Positions 48,511-62,521 are shown, numbered from the stretch's first letter. The stretch is 64,000 nucleotides of DNA from Octopus vulgaris (GCA_951406725.2 OX597827.1:14818001-14882000); one strand, 5' to 3'. Numbers and translations: made by a program. The notes: generated from the letters alone by a model not told the origin.

Positions 48511-48760
48511 TATACGGTTTTTTTTTTTGCTATTTACTTAATCATTGATATTTTATTGTTATTTTAATTTTAATATTTCTATTATATGTAATTTTCTAGA
48601 TGGTGTAATTTAATTGTTTATTTTGAATTGATAAAAGGTGGGTTTTTTTCTAATCTTTTTATATATATTTATTATATAGTGTGAAATTTGATTTAGCATT
48701 TCTAAATTGAATTTTTTTCTCTGTAAGTTTGGATTTAAATTCCCTCAAATAATTTTTATA
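48511..48760. repeat. AT-rich dispersed repeat; second copy at about 50865-51140
   Basis: Shared ttttctagatggtgtaatttaattgtt...gataaaaggtggg...gtgaaatttgatttag...ttccctcaaataat. Confidence 0.8.
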
Positions 48761-51012
48761 TATACATATATATATAGATATATATACATCATACACACAC
48801 TTATGTGTGTGTGTGTGTGTGTGAGTGTGTGTCAGAGTATATATGTTTACTGGTGTAAACCAAAATGTCAACCAGTGTTTCTTTACATCAAAAGCATAAC
48901 ATAGTAATTCAACAAATAAAGATCAATAAAATAAGTACCTGACTGAAATAAGCGCTGGGGTCGATATGATCGACTAAAACCCTTGAAGGCGGTGCCCCAG
49001 CATGACCACAGTTCAATGACTAAAACCAGGAAAAGATTAAAAGTGTAGTAGAATACAAATGAAAGGAATGGCATATAATATACTGTACATATGTCCCACA
49101 AACGGAGACAGCCACCAATGGTCCAATTAGAAAACCTTACAAATCCCTGATAACCCAAATTACCAAGGACAGATGCCCTCATCTAATAGTGTGCTTTGGT
49201 CTGTAGTTTAATATTCAGAATAGGCCCACTCAGTCATACCACACTCACCACTCTCATCTCACCTTTCAGCAAATTTACTGGCGTGGCGATCAAATCTGTT
49301 TTTACTTTGACCTTCCTCTTCAAGTGGTACTTGAAGAGGTTGATAAGAAATTGGTCAGCCAGCAGAGAAAACCTCTGTTTTCAGTCCTCTTAATCCTTCA
49401 CATTAAAACAAGATCATAAATTGTAAAGGATAAGCAAATGCTGGGCTTTTAATTTGAAAAGGCCTTAAGCTATATAAACTTTGAATATTCTTTGTAGAAA
49501 AAATATACCAGGTTTCACAAAAATTGAAGACATATATGTCTTTAATTATTTTGAAAACCTTGCGTATTGTGAGGTCCTACACTGTAGCTCATTTAGCTTA
49601 TGCCTAAATCTGACAATATAGAGGAGTTTAGTCAACTGTCTCATTCCCAGTACATTACTGGTACGATTTTATCTACACCTGAGTCACAAATGACGATGTT
49701 GATCCTGGCAGAATTTCAACATACAAAAATTCATTGAATAATAATAATTCATTCAGTTAGTACAAAGCCAGATTTTTTTTGTTAGGGAAGGGAATAGTTG
49801 ATTATGGTGACCCCTAGTTATTTAATGGAACACATCTTATAGCAGAATGCATGGTCAATGCTAAGGCATATGAGATGAAATCTAGAGTATGGCATATATT
49901 ACTTAATTACCTCACCATCATCATCATCATCATCATACAGTGTTTTAAATCCGGGTTCTGTCCCCGTTAACAGGAGTGGCCGAATCTACTTCAATGCCAT
50001 TGCAACTGAGGTAGGTAGGTGCAGCCCGCCCCAACTTTTGCCCATTCTACCTTGCTATCATGAGGTATTTTTGGAGCTGGATTTTCTATGGGGAGTATGC
50101 CTTTGCTTACACCCAACCTCAGTTTCTGGACTTAATCAAAGGGAAAAGGTCAGTTCCTATGATCTTTTTAGGGGCCTCAGACTCTGATTAGAGGAAAAGA
50201 GAAGCTATCTTCTGACATAGGGCTCAAATGCTTGAAAGTGAATTCCACTAAAGGCACACCAGGACCAGTTGGTAGGTTAAACAAGATGATATATTTATGT
50301 ATGCAAACCCAGAAAATTCAAGGTTAGTCCAACGGCTGGTGATCTTTATTAGTAAAAAGTTAAATCATAAAATAGACATAAAATAGACATCTTTTATTTT
50401 AGACTCCTATAATGTATTTTTGCCTTCAAACTTTTATAATTACTTTGTAAATGCTTACGACCAAAGTCTACTGTTTTAATGAAACCTAACATCTCACCAT
50501 GCTCAGCAGTTACATAGTCACCCCTAAATGGCAATGTATTTATATATGAATAATTTGTTTTGTAAGCTAGATAACCAGTTTGATCATATGGCACTGCGGA
50601 AGAGTACTACATCTTTTTTTACTATGAAAAATCAAGAACAAATTTTTTCAGTAAGGTCCATCACTCTACTATATATATATATATATAACAACAACAGCTC
50701 ATCAGGCTCTATATAGACTATGTTGAGCAGTCCACAAGGTTTTGGCTTTGTGGGTGCAAAATCTTGGGTAACTCTATATAAAATTTTGTTGCAATAATTA
50801 CTGCTTTATTTCTCAGAGCGTGCTTCTTTCTGATATATGTTTTTTTTATTAGCTATATATATTATATACGTTTTTATTATTATTTTTGCAATTTACTTAA
50901 TCACTGACATTTTATTATTATTTTAATTTTAATATTTCTATTATATGTAATTTTCTAGATGGTGTAATTTAATTGTTCATTTTGAATTGATAAAAGGTGG
51001 GGTTTTTTTCTA

Positions 51013-51058
<46 letters not shown>

Positions 51059-51136
51059 TGTGTGAAATTTGATTTAGTATTTCTAAATTGAATTGTTTTC
51101 CTTGTGAGTTTGGATTTTATTCCCTCAAATAATAAT

Positions 51137-51187
<51 letters not shown>

Positions 51188-51193
<6 letters not shown>

Positions 51194-51324
51194 CTTAAAC
51201 AAGAATGTTGTTGAGAGTAACTTCGTAGTTTCAGCCAACTAAGTTGTCATTGGACTGTCCAACAATGGCTTAGCTAGCTAAAACTTCGAAGTCACTGTCG
51301 ACAACATTCTTCTTTAAGAATAAT
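51188..51324. mobile_element. Diverged fold-back element in (TA)n with degenerate hammerhead-like tail (aaa-cttcgaag-tc)
   Basis: attattcttaaa...aagaatgttg pairs with caacattctt...tttaagaataat; palindromic acttcgaagt. Confidence 0.55.
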
Positions 51325-51409
51325 AAACTTGTACTCTACGAAAGTTTAAAGATTAATGCAAATTTATTTTTAGTATAACTGAATGTAAAAACAAGCATTA
51401 ATACATGTG

Positions 51410-52200
<791 letters not shown>

Positions 52201-52934
52201 ATATATATATATATATATATATACTCTTTTTATTCTTTTACTTTGCTTCAGTCATTTGACTGCAGCCATGCTGGAGCACTACCTTTAGTCAAACAAATCA
52301 ATCCCAGGACTGTAAGCCTAATCCTTATTCTATTGGTTGCTTTTGCTGAACCACTAAGTTACAAGGACATAAACACACCAAAATCAGTTGTCAAGCGATG
52401 GTGGGGGAACACAGACACACACACACACATATAAATATATATATATATATGCACACATATACATATATATAGATGAGTGTGTGTATGATTTGGAGAGTGA
52501 TGGACTCGACCAAAGAAATTTGTTCTAAATGCATCATATAACAAAAAGATGTAGTAGTCTTCCAAACCGTTTTATAAATCAAATGGGTATCTGACTTATA
52601 ATAAAATTGGAACTATATAGTTGTTTTGGTGTGACTATGCAACTGCTGAACATGGTGAAATGTTAGGTTCCATCAAACATTTACAAAGTAATTATAAAAG
52701 TTTGAAGCTAAAAAATAAATTACAAAGGTCTGAAACAATGGACTTTTTCACTCCAGTTCTTTTTTAGCAATTTTTTATGATTTAACTGCTTTGCTGATGA
52801 TGACACTCCCACCCCACCACTACCTCAACAGTGTCCTAGATATTCTCTTCTAAAGTATTTGATTGTTTTAATACCTACACCTGTACAATCTAACTCAAGG
52901 TATGATAATCTATTTGATTTATAACAAAAGAAAT

Positions 52935-53199
52935 ATATTGTTGTATTTCGGAATGGTCATTTTGCCAGTTTAGCCAATAAAAACACACGCACTATATATA
53001 TTTGGTGTTACTTTGCTTCAGTGTTATTTATTTTTTACATTAATCTTAATCTTATTTCGGCCAGAGTTCTTTCGTCACATTCCTGTGACCGCATCAGTGG
53101 TCCTTTGTTTTCTTCTTTCTTATTTGTGTCTCTCCTTACTAACCGTCAGCCATTTATTGGCTAAACTGGCAAAATGACCATTCCGAAATATAACAATAT
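52935..53199 (-). mobile_element. Element with 47-bp terminal inverted repeats enclosing a hammerhead motif
   Basis: atattgttgtatttcggaatggtcattttgccagtttagccaataaa / tttattggctaaactggcaaaatgaccattccgaaatataacaatat. Confidence 0.75.
53061..53100 (-). ncRNA. Minimal type I hammerhead-ribozyme-like motif
   Basis: cca-CTGATGC-g-gtcac(aggaat)gtgac-GAAA-gaac-TC-tgg: stems I and II pair, short stem III, CUC cleavage triplet; core differs from CUGANGA at A9. Confidence 0.6.
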
Positions 53200-53266
53200 C
53201 TGTTTCAACACACGACTTCACACAAAAAAATCTTGCACAACAAATATATAAAAGAAATATATATAC

Positions 53267-53422
53267 CTGTGAAGTCATCTGTGGTTTAATTGCTGTAGTT
53301 GATGCTTTCCACTCATTTTGAGGTTCAAGCACAAAATAGAATTGGCTTGAGGAATCTATCAGTTGCGATTCTGTATTCCGCCTTTCATTAAGGTTCCTTG
53401 CCAGAGTAGCTGAATGACGGTT
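53267..53422 (-). CDS. Internal coding exon B (NRHSATLARNLNERRNTESQLIDSSSQFYFVLEPQNEWKASTTAIKPQMTSQ)
   Basis: Acceptor tctcctttctttcag|, donor CAG|gtatat; 156 nt, phase 0-0; 30 consecutive residues identical to exon A although 16 of those codons differ synonymously. Confidence 0.9.
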
Positions 53423-53459
53423 CTGAAAGAAAGGAGATAAAATTTAATTTTCAAGACAT

Positions 53460-53845
53460 ACTCTTTTACTTGTTTCAGTCATTTGACTGCAGCCATGCTG
53501 GAGCACCACCTTTAGTCTCAGCAAATCGATCCCGGGACTTATTCTTTGTAAGCCCAGTCCTTATTCTATTGGTCTCTTTTGCCGAACCGCTAAGTGACGG
53601 GGATATAAACACACCAGCATCGGTTGTCAAGCAATGCTAGGGGGACAAACACAAACACACAAACATACACACACACACATATATATATATACATATATAC
53701 GATGGGCTTCTTTGAGTTTCCGTCTACCAAATCTACTCACAAGGCATTGGTCGGCCCGGGGCTATAGCAGAAGACACTTGCCCAAGATGAACCCGGAACC
53801 ATGTGGTTGGTTAGCAAGCTACTTACCACACAGCCACTCCTGCAC
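53460..53845 (-). mobile_element. SINE family A
   Basis: Reverse complement of family A, starting about 40 nt upstream of the exon B acceptor. Confidence 0.9.
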
Positions 53846-54410
53846 GTCAGGAAGGGCATCTGGCCATAGAAAACTTGCCACACTCTTAGCGCTGCGTATA
53901 TGTGCATACATTTTTGTAGGCGCGGGCATGGCTCTGTGGTTAGGGAGCTTGCTTCCTAGCTACATGGTTTCGGGTTCAGTCCCACTGCATGGCACTTTGG
54001 GCAGGTGTCTTCTGCTATAGCCCCAGGCCGCCCGAAGCTTTGTGATTGAATTCGGTAGGCGGAAGTTACTGCCGTGTGTGTACATGTGCATGTAGGTGCT
54101 TGTACCTCTCCGAAAGAGAGAGAGGGATATATTTAAATGTTACTAGCCGTCTGACATGCACTCATTCAAATAGGTACCCCGCATTAACCAACATCTCCTT
54201 TGCCACGATACCGTATCATGAGCATCTTACAAATAACAGTGGAGCTCTGTAAATATTTATTGTTTCTTTATGTTACAGAGTATTATTGGTTAGTTCGTAC
54301 AGAGCAGAAAAATTTGCTCAATGTGTCATAATGTTTTGTTTTCTTTCGGAGAAGCAATATATGTTCCCTTTTGGTTAGCAAACCTGAGAATTTCATTCTG
54401 GTGCAATCAA

Positions 54411-54512
54411 GATAGTGGTTTAGAGTGCGAGCTACTAACCCCAAGATTCCGAGTTCAATTCCAAGTAGTGACCTGAACAGTAACAATAATAATAATAGTA
54501 ATAATAACATCG
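54411..54512 (+). mobile_element. Partial copy of the tRNA-headed element at 55345
   Basis: tagtggtttagagtgcgagctactaaccccaagattccgagttcaattccaagtagtgacctgaac-(aat)n-aacatcg. Confidence 0.75.
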
Positions 54513-55344
54513 ACTTTTCTTGAGATGGCTATCAGTTACATCTGTTTGATTCAAAACGAAAGGCAAAGGTGAACTTAGTAGCATGAAAGGCAAATTTAAC
54601 TAACACCAATGGTATCCAAATTTGGAATGAAGAAGGATGAACTTAAAAACCATAATACATTCAGTTTGTTGATCCTCTGTCTCAGACATCAAAACTGACT
54701 TTTACACTGGGTTTTAAAAGGTAATATTAACTAAAGAAGTGGAAACTGTAGAATATTGGATTTATATTTTAATCTGAGTTCAAGTCCTGCTGAGGTCAAC
54801 TTTGCTTTTTATCCGCTCAGGTTTCTGACATGAACTAAGAATTATTCAATCGATTTTACCCTGAAAATGTGAGAATTTGCGTTAATGTAAGAAACTAATA
54901 ATAATAATTTACTAATAAGGGATATGAAAACCATAAAAATATTGAATCTATGGCTCAAGTTATAATCCCTGTCTTAGCTTCAAGTAAAACCTTGTTAATC
55001 TGCTAGTTAAATACCTTTTATCTCAGAGACAAGGGAAGAAAATGACTGTTCCAATATGGAGGTGAAAATTAAGTCAAGCAAGTCAATAGAAAACAGCCAA
55101 AACAGCCAAAATACCAGTGGGTCATTGATCTTAGATCTTTCCTACTTATAAATCATTTCTTGTAGCTCCATCCCCACATTGCTAGAATGCTTAACCCTAG
55201 GTCAACCCGATCCAAGTAGACTCTATATTGAAAGGCATTTGTACTGAAACCACCCCATTCTTTTAGTATTATGTAAAGGATTAAAGGCAGTGAGCTGGCA
55301 GAAACGTTAGCACATCAGGCAAAATGCTTAGCAGTATTTCATCT

Positions 55345-55497
55345 TCTATATTTAAGAGATGAGGAACTATGTACATTATTTACATTATTTACATTCGACG
55401 GATATATGCCCACGGGCATATGGCATAGTGGTTAAGAGTGAGGGCTACTAATCCCAAGATTCTGAGTTCAATTTCAAGTAGTGACCTGAACAATAAC

Positions 55498-55537
<40 letters not shown>

Positions 55538-55684
55538 TCGCAAAATACCTTAGGAACGAGAACCCAGGTTCGAAATTTCCCCAAGACACCTAAAGAAGGC
55601 TGGAGGGTATATCAGTTGAAACGTTGTATTAACAACAAACAAGATGAGGACAAATATCCGTCGAATGTAAATAATGTAAATAAG
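55345..55684 (+). mobile_element. tRNA-headed, hammerhead-bearing retroposon inserted into a family C SINE
   Basis: 11-bp TSD gtatttcatct (55334-55344 / 55685-55695); perfect 30-bp inverted repeat 55376-55405 / 55654-55683; tRNA-like A/B boxes; gacac-CTAAAGA-a-ggctg...cagtt-GAAA-cg-TT-gtatt. Confidence 0.78.
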
Positions 55685-57534
55685 GTATTTCATCTGTCTT
55701 TATGTTCTGAGTTCAAATTCTGCCAAGGTCAGCTTTGCTTTTCATTCTTTCGGGTTCGATTAATTAAGTACCAGTTGTGTACTGGGGTCAACCTAATCGA
55801 CTAGCCCCCTCCCCCAAAATTTCAGGCCTTGAGTAGAAAAGGTTATATAAAGGATTAAGGCAGAATTGTTAACACCCTGGGAAAAATGCTTAGTAATATT
55901 TCACCCATCTAAATATTTTGAGTTCAAATGCCGCCAGGGTCGATTTTGCCTTTCATCCATACACACACAGGGTCGATTTTGCCTTTCACCTATACATACA
56001 CACACACTTACACACACATGCGCACGTACTCACACACACACACACACAGAAATATACACATACAGATCGAAAGAGTGAAGGAAAGTGAAAGAGTGGGGAG
56101 AGAGAGACAGTACAATTTATTAATTCAACATGACTGACAGAGAAATCTTCCCTTTCCTCAGATGCATAAAAAGAAATATGCTCACACACATAAACAGGAG
56201 AAAGAGAGAGAGAGTGAGAGAGAGAGAGAGAGAGAAAGTGATGGGGAGAGCAAGAGAAATACTATAATTTTGATGTCAGATATGTCAGCATTGAAATCAC
56301 TGACACCAAATAAGTGGCACCAAAATGGCTGCGTGAAAATGTCTCATACCCTATATAGTAAGACAGCATCTTTAGTATCATAGTCATATGCCAAGGATCT
56401 ACCCGTAGTTAATGATTTCAAACAGCAGAAGGATGTTTTGATAATATTTCAAATGTAATCTCACCAAAGAAAATGAAAGAGAAAAGAATATAAACAGTGA
56501 GAAATCTCTATAGTAAAATATGCTTATCAGTCGAAGTCCTTCCACAAGAATAAAATGGTAAATAGAAAAATGTGTGATATATTGTACAATATTTTTTTAA
56601 ATGATGAAGATTAAGTTAAAGACATTAATTAAACATTAATTATGCCAGTTCTCAATGATGAAGTATGACAGGTATCATAAATATTTTTAAAAAAGAGACT
56701 GATAGCCATCTATGTTTCCGAGACAAAAATCTTTACAAAATATATCAAAGTGTTGAAACCTAAAATATAAATTAGCTGGAAATCATATCTATAAGATATT
56801 GAAACTTTGGAAGATAGAATTCTAATAAACTGTGTCAATATGGCTGAAGAATTATTAACTATCAATGGAAAAGATCTCTGGAGACATTTTTGGTGATAGA
56901 CATTTGGGAATTAGTTTTGTCTGTTTAATGAAACAGCTTCATAATGTGAAGTGTTGCCTCTTTGCATCACTTTTCAAATTCAGAATTAGTAATTTTCACT
57001 CTCTGATAATGCTTTCTTTGTATTTTGTCTTAAATAATAATAAAAAGAAAATTTTTTTTTAAATTGAAAATTGACACAAATATAATCTTTCTTCTTAAAA
57101 TCAATAATTTTTAATCTTTTAATAAAAAAAAAAAAAACTAAAGAAAAGAACCAGCAAAATTTGGAAGAAATAAGAAAAATATAGAGGAATCTGCTATAGT
57201 ATGAAATACCAAAATTAATATGAGAATATATTTATTTAGACTTATCAAAGAGATTATATTTGACAGAGATGATATTTCAAAGTAAATTCCATATATTTTG
57301 AAGAAATAGTAAATTCCCCTGAAGCTTATCTTAAAATAGTTTAACTAGTGTTATTCAATAGTTTGATCATGTTGATGAAAATATTGAGCCTTCACCAAAC
57401 TTCTAAGATGTGCTGGGTCTCTCTTATAAGTCCTAGTGTTATGCATTTGCAATAAACTGGATTCTCATTCAGGGGGAAATAAAAACATCACAGAACCCAG
57501 AAAACTGACCTTATGAAACTCAGGAAGTATTATA

Positions 57535-57570
<36 letters not shown>

Positions 57571-57800
57571 TTAATGTCCGTTTTCCATGCTAGCATGGGT
57601 TGGATAGTTCGACCGGGATCTGGGAAGCCAGAAGGCTGCACCAGGCTCCAGTCTGATCTGGCAGCGTTTCTACAGCTGGATGCTCTTCCTAACGCCAACT
57701 ACTCCATGAGTGTAGTGGGTGCTTTTTACATGCCACCGGCACAGGTGCCAGGGGAGGCTGGAAATGGCCACAATCGGATTGGTGCTTTTTACATGCCAGA
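57535..57800 (-). mobile_element. RTE 3' UTR/tail fragment
   Basis: (cat)n plus RTE tail. Confidence 0.82.
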
Positions 57801-58279
57801 AATATTTTAATATGTTTTTAATAATAACCAGTCACATCTTACTTCTTAGTAACAGTATAGATAAATGGGAAGTTGCAGAGCTGAAAAACTTGCTTAATGT
57901 TGTTAATCTAGAATGGAATTTGTCAGTTATAACAGGATTAAAGCTTGCACCTTGAGAGGGCAAGAGTCATAACGGGGCTTAAAAAATGTTGTAAAAGATT
58001 AAAAATCTCTACATATCAGTTATGGCTGAATGGGTAGGAAATTTGCTTTGCAACAATGGAATTTTCAGGTTCAATCACACTGCACTGCACCTTGAACAAG
58101 TGATTTCTACCAGCGCTTCAAGTATGAAATATACTTGTATTTATCCAACATCATGACTTTTAATGCATACCAGGTTAACAGTGTGGTCGAGAAGTTTACT
58201 TTGCAACTTTGTGTTCAGTCCCATTGTGAAACATTATAAGCAAGTGTCTCCTATGAGGGCCACAGATTTATCAAAGCCT

Positions 58280-58575
58280 TCATCATCATCATCATCATCA
58301 TCATCGTTTAACGTCCGTTTTCCGCACTGGCACGGGTTGGACGGTTCGACCGGAGTCTGGGAAGCCAGGGGCTGCACCAGGCACCAGTCTGATCTGGCAA
58401 AGTTTCTACAGCTGGATGCCCTTCCTAACGCCAACCACTCCGTGAGTGTAGTGGGTGCTTTTTACATGCCACCTGCACAGGTTCCAGGGGGATCCGGCAT
58501 CGGCCACGATTGGTTGGAGCTTTTAACGTGCCACCGGCACGGAAACCAGCCAAGGCAGCGCTGGCAATGGCCTTG
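58280..58575 (-). mobile_element. RTE 3' UTR/tail fragment
   Basis: (cat)n plus RTE tail. Confidence 0.82.
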
Positions 58576-59187
58576 TGATTGAAATTTGGTAGCCAGAAAA
58601 CATATGGAAACTCATCAGAGTGACCTTTGGCAAACTTGATCCATCACCCTGTTTGACACCATTCTTTGGCGCCTGATGGTCTTTAACCAAAGTTCACACT
58701 GTCGCAAGCATCCAGGGTAAGTATTCTGTCTGATGATAATGTCCTCCCTTCTAACCCTCTTCCCACCAGTCTCTAAGGGGTATTGTATATAACTTTTCCA
58801 CCTCTGACTAAGTCATGTAGATAAAAAGAAATTTTTTAAGACTAATTATTAAGTAATTATGCTTGAGATAACAGGTTTGTTCTTTTGTTTTTCTAGAAAA
58901 CAAGGTCTGACAGTTGACCTTGCGTGTAATTATTTCCTCTTCCCTCCACTGATGCTTATCCAAAGAAAAGGCTGTAAAATTGAGCCCATTACAGCTTGGC
59001 ACCAGTGTCATAGCTGGAGTGATTGTCAGACTGTAAAAAACAGAAAAACAAAGACACTGCGAAGTATCTTAGCTAGTCTTCTACCAGTTCCACTAATCTA
59101 CTCACCGGGACCTAAACTGGTAATTATTTTTTCAACCCTGACAGGATGAACAGCAAAACTGACCTTGATAGGATTTGAACTCACAGT

Positions 59188-59229
59188 ACAGAACCACACA
59201 AAGCAAACAGCTGAGTTATTCATTATTAT
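59188..59229. repeat. Left arm of a perfect 42-bp inverted repeat (partner 61562-61603)
   Basis: acagaaccacacaaagcaaacagctgagttattcattattat is the exact reverse complement of 61562-61603. Confidence 0.92.
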
Positions 59230-60637
59230 TTCTAATAATCACATAACAAATATGAGGCATTTCATCCAGCATTACCATTACATTGCCATTTTTTTGTTAC
59301 ACCAAAATCCTTCTCCTATATAAGGTATGTTTTACTGACCAATATCAAAATCTACATACTTTACTGACATACAAGCATTGATTTTTTTTTTACCCTTTCA
59401 CCTGTAACTGCTACATTTGCTGTATACCAATGTCTCATCTAGGGCTTGGCGATTATGGCCTAAACACCCTTCTTAAATCAACCACTATATAGAATGTTTT
59501 GGATGGATTCTTTCTCATGGCAAAAGCACTACAGCAGTTGTTTTGGTCCTGGCAGGACTCGTAAAAACCTCTCTCAAATCCAACGTTGATGCAGCTCAAT
59601 TCAATTTACCAACTACTTACAGTAGAATACTGGGTGCTTTTTGCATGGCACCAACACTAGAGGGATCACCTTGTAACTTGCAAGGCAAAAGAGAGTCCCT
59701 TTGGCTAAAGCAGTAGAAGTTAATATTTGATGGAAGAAACAAGTTTATTGCTAGGAAACGATACTAACTGAGAAAGCAACAGATGGAAAATTGTTGGGGG
59801 AGAGGATAATAATGAATAAGACAAGGGAAAGGAGACGGGGTCACAGTTATGGCCAATAGTTTGGAACATAGGTTTGTGAATTAGAATTTTATATTAAATG
59901 CCCGAAGTTATATTAAACGTCCAGCAATTTGGTCCAGAACTATATTTTTGATTTTGCCTATTTTTTCTTCTAGATATTGAGCCATTGGATCAGTTATTAG
60001 GTAAGTATATCTCTATCCTGAATTGAATCGTACTTGGGCATAACAATTTTAATTTTTTTTTAAATGTTCCAAACTTTTGGCTATCACTGTAATACGAAAG
60101 AGAGGAAGGACAAAGAAGTAAGCAAGCTGAGGTGGATTGAGTAGGGAGGATCCAAAGCTCTCCAAAATATTTATGTATTATCATCCTACATCATGTTTCT
60201 ATGCTTGCATGGGTAGAACAATTCCTTAGGATCTGAGACCGTTTTCCTTGCACTTGGACAGGCTTATTGTTAGGGGAGTTTGCAGAAGGTGGGAGAAAAA
60301 TAGCAGTGTTAGACAAGGGAGTTATAGGGACAAAGGGAAAAAATAGTGTCAGAGGGTATACTGAGAAAGAGTTAGAGACTACAGATAAGAACAATGGGGT
60401 GGGTAAAGTACACGTAATGCTACCCATGTTAAACATGGATGGGTAAAGTGGTGTGTGAAGGAAAGACGATGAGGAGGAAAAGCCAGAGCATCCCTTTTTC
60501 TTGACATGTGTGTGTGTGTGTGTGTGTCTGTGTGTAATACCACAATTAAGGTCCTCAAAGACCGCATGTAGCCTTAAGGATCACAAATTCCAATATTATT
60601 GCAGAAATGCCCATGTAAGAATAAAATTAGTATTTAC

Positions 60638-60793
60638 AGGAGCAGCTCTCTGGAATTCCACTGGTGTAGTAGAAGCTATCCATTCATTTTGTGGTTCTAA
60701 CACAAAGTAGAACTGACTGGAAGAATCTATCAACTGTGATTCTGTATTTCTTCTTTCATTTAAATTTCTTGTTATGGCAGCTGAATTGCGGGT
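60638..60793 (-). CDS. Internal coding exon A of an unidentified minus-strand gene (TRNSAAITRNLNERRNTESQLIDSSSQFYFVLEPQNEWIASTTPVEFQRAAP)
   Basis: T-run + ACAG acceptor, donor CCT|gtaaat; 156 nt, phase 0-0, open frame; paralogous to three other exons with mostly synonymous differences. Confidence 0.88.
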
Positions 60794-61561
60794 CTGTAAA
60801 AAAAAATTACGAAATATGACAGTAATATAGTATAATATAATATAATATAATATAATATAATGTAATATAATATAATAAAATATAATATAATATAACATAA
60901 TATATAAATATCTCATCACAGATTTATAGACATTTGTAGACTGGAAATATTTAAATATTTTTATAAATAGAACATAAAATATGATGAGTGGAATGTCGTT
61001 TCGTTTTGAAAAATGTGTGTGTGTGTGTGTGCGTGTATGTGTGTGTGCATGTGTATGTAGAAAGGTAGGTATATAGATAGATAGATAAACAGACAGACAG
61101 AAAGATAGATATGAATATCTCTCTTGCTCTGTGTGTGTGTGTTAGGAGGTATGATAGCATCTGATCTGCAACATAAAAAAAACCAATGGAAGCAGAGATC
61201 AACTAGCACCACACACACTCATATATATATATATATGTATGTATGTGTATATATATATATATATGTATATATATCAACAAGTCCTTGTTGATAATTTGTT
61301 GATTTATCAGACAGTAGTTGCTCACTTACTTACCTGAGTTAGGAGTTAGGTAACACATTACATAACCTAACTAACTGTATTATACTTGCAACAAAATGAA
61401 AACTCCTAATGAAACAGTTGTAGGAAAACCAGATAATTCATTTGTCTGTCTTTATTACATTTTTACGCCACTTGTAAGGTTCCATTCATCATTGAATACT
61501 TTCGGAATTGTGGATTGCCTATCAACAGTGATCTTCATTCATCAATACCTTCTGTGCTGAG

Positions 61562-61603
61562 ATAATAATGAATAACTCAGCTGTTTGCTTTGTGTGGTTC
61601 TGT
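61562..61603. repeat. Right arm of the perfect 42-bp inverted repeat
   Basis: ataataatgaataactcagctgtttgctttgtgtggttctgt. Confidence 0.92.
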
Positions 61604-62521
61604 CTGGCCAATTAGTGGCATGTTTCCCTTTGTTATGCCTTGATGCTTTATGGATCTCTATATATATGCATATATGTATAGACACAGTGTGACTTATTAG
61701 AAAATCTAAGATAAATTTGAAGTAGTTAAACAGCAAATTTCAACCCTTTCATAATGGAAATTTAAACATATGTTAATACAGCAATTTATTCACTTATGAT
61801 AGAAAAACAAAGGAGATTGCCCTAACATGTTTCACAGTTCATTGACCACACATTCAAGAATAAGTACTCCACTCATTCCTCGGTCAATAAAGAGAACTTA
61901 CTGCAAATAGCTATTTAAATCAAACACAAACTAGTAGTTAGCTGTTATGGTTAGATTAATTCATATACTAGGGGTTTGTCAGAATTGTGATTAACTAAAT
62001 AATAATACTGTTTATGCAGTATGCAGTGTGTATAAGAAACAGACTAATGAGTGATCAATGCAGCACATTTTCCCATATTTTGTGTCCAAAGAGAATAACA
62101 ATATGCATTTAAATTCTAACAGCAAAAGGCTTAAAAATTGCAGTTTAACTTGTTTAAATTTACCTTAGTTTTCCTAATACACACAGCATTTTGCATAAAT
62201 AATAATTATTTAATCACATTACAGACAAGCAAACAAAGATGAAGCTAATTAGTCTAGAAATTATAGATAAGTTCTAATTTGGTTTTTAACTGAAATAGCC
62301 TTTTTGCTATAATTTTCTTTAGAAAAAGAGGAATGTCTTCTGATCAGTGGTCAATGAACTCTGAGATAGTTAAGACATTTTGTTTTCACTTTTCTATGTC
62401 AAATGGAAATAACAATACTGCTTCTATCACTGAAAATTAACCATATGCAACAATATATGTAAGCAAACTTTTTGTCAGTGTGATAAAATATATGTGAGTG
62501 TGTGCATATATATATATATAT

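Noticed and set aside
56400-57030. Possible hAT transposase C-terminal remnant (SVAS...FS..L)
   Set aside because: Multiple stops and frameshifts; similarity only suggestive
58610-58725. Plus-strand exon suggested by CAGG|gtaagt
   Set aside because: No convincing acceptor, frame or partner exons on the + strand
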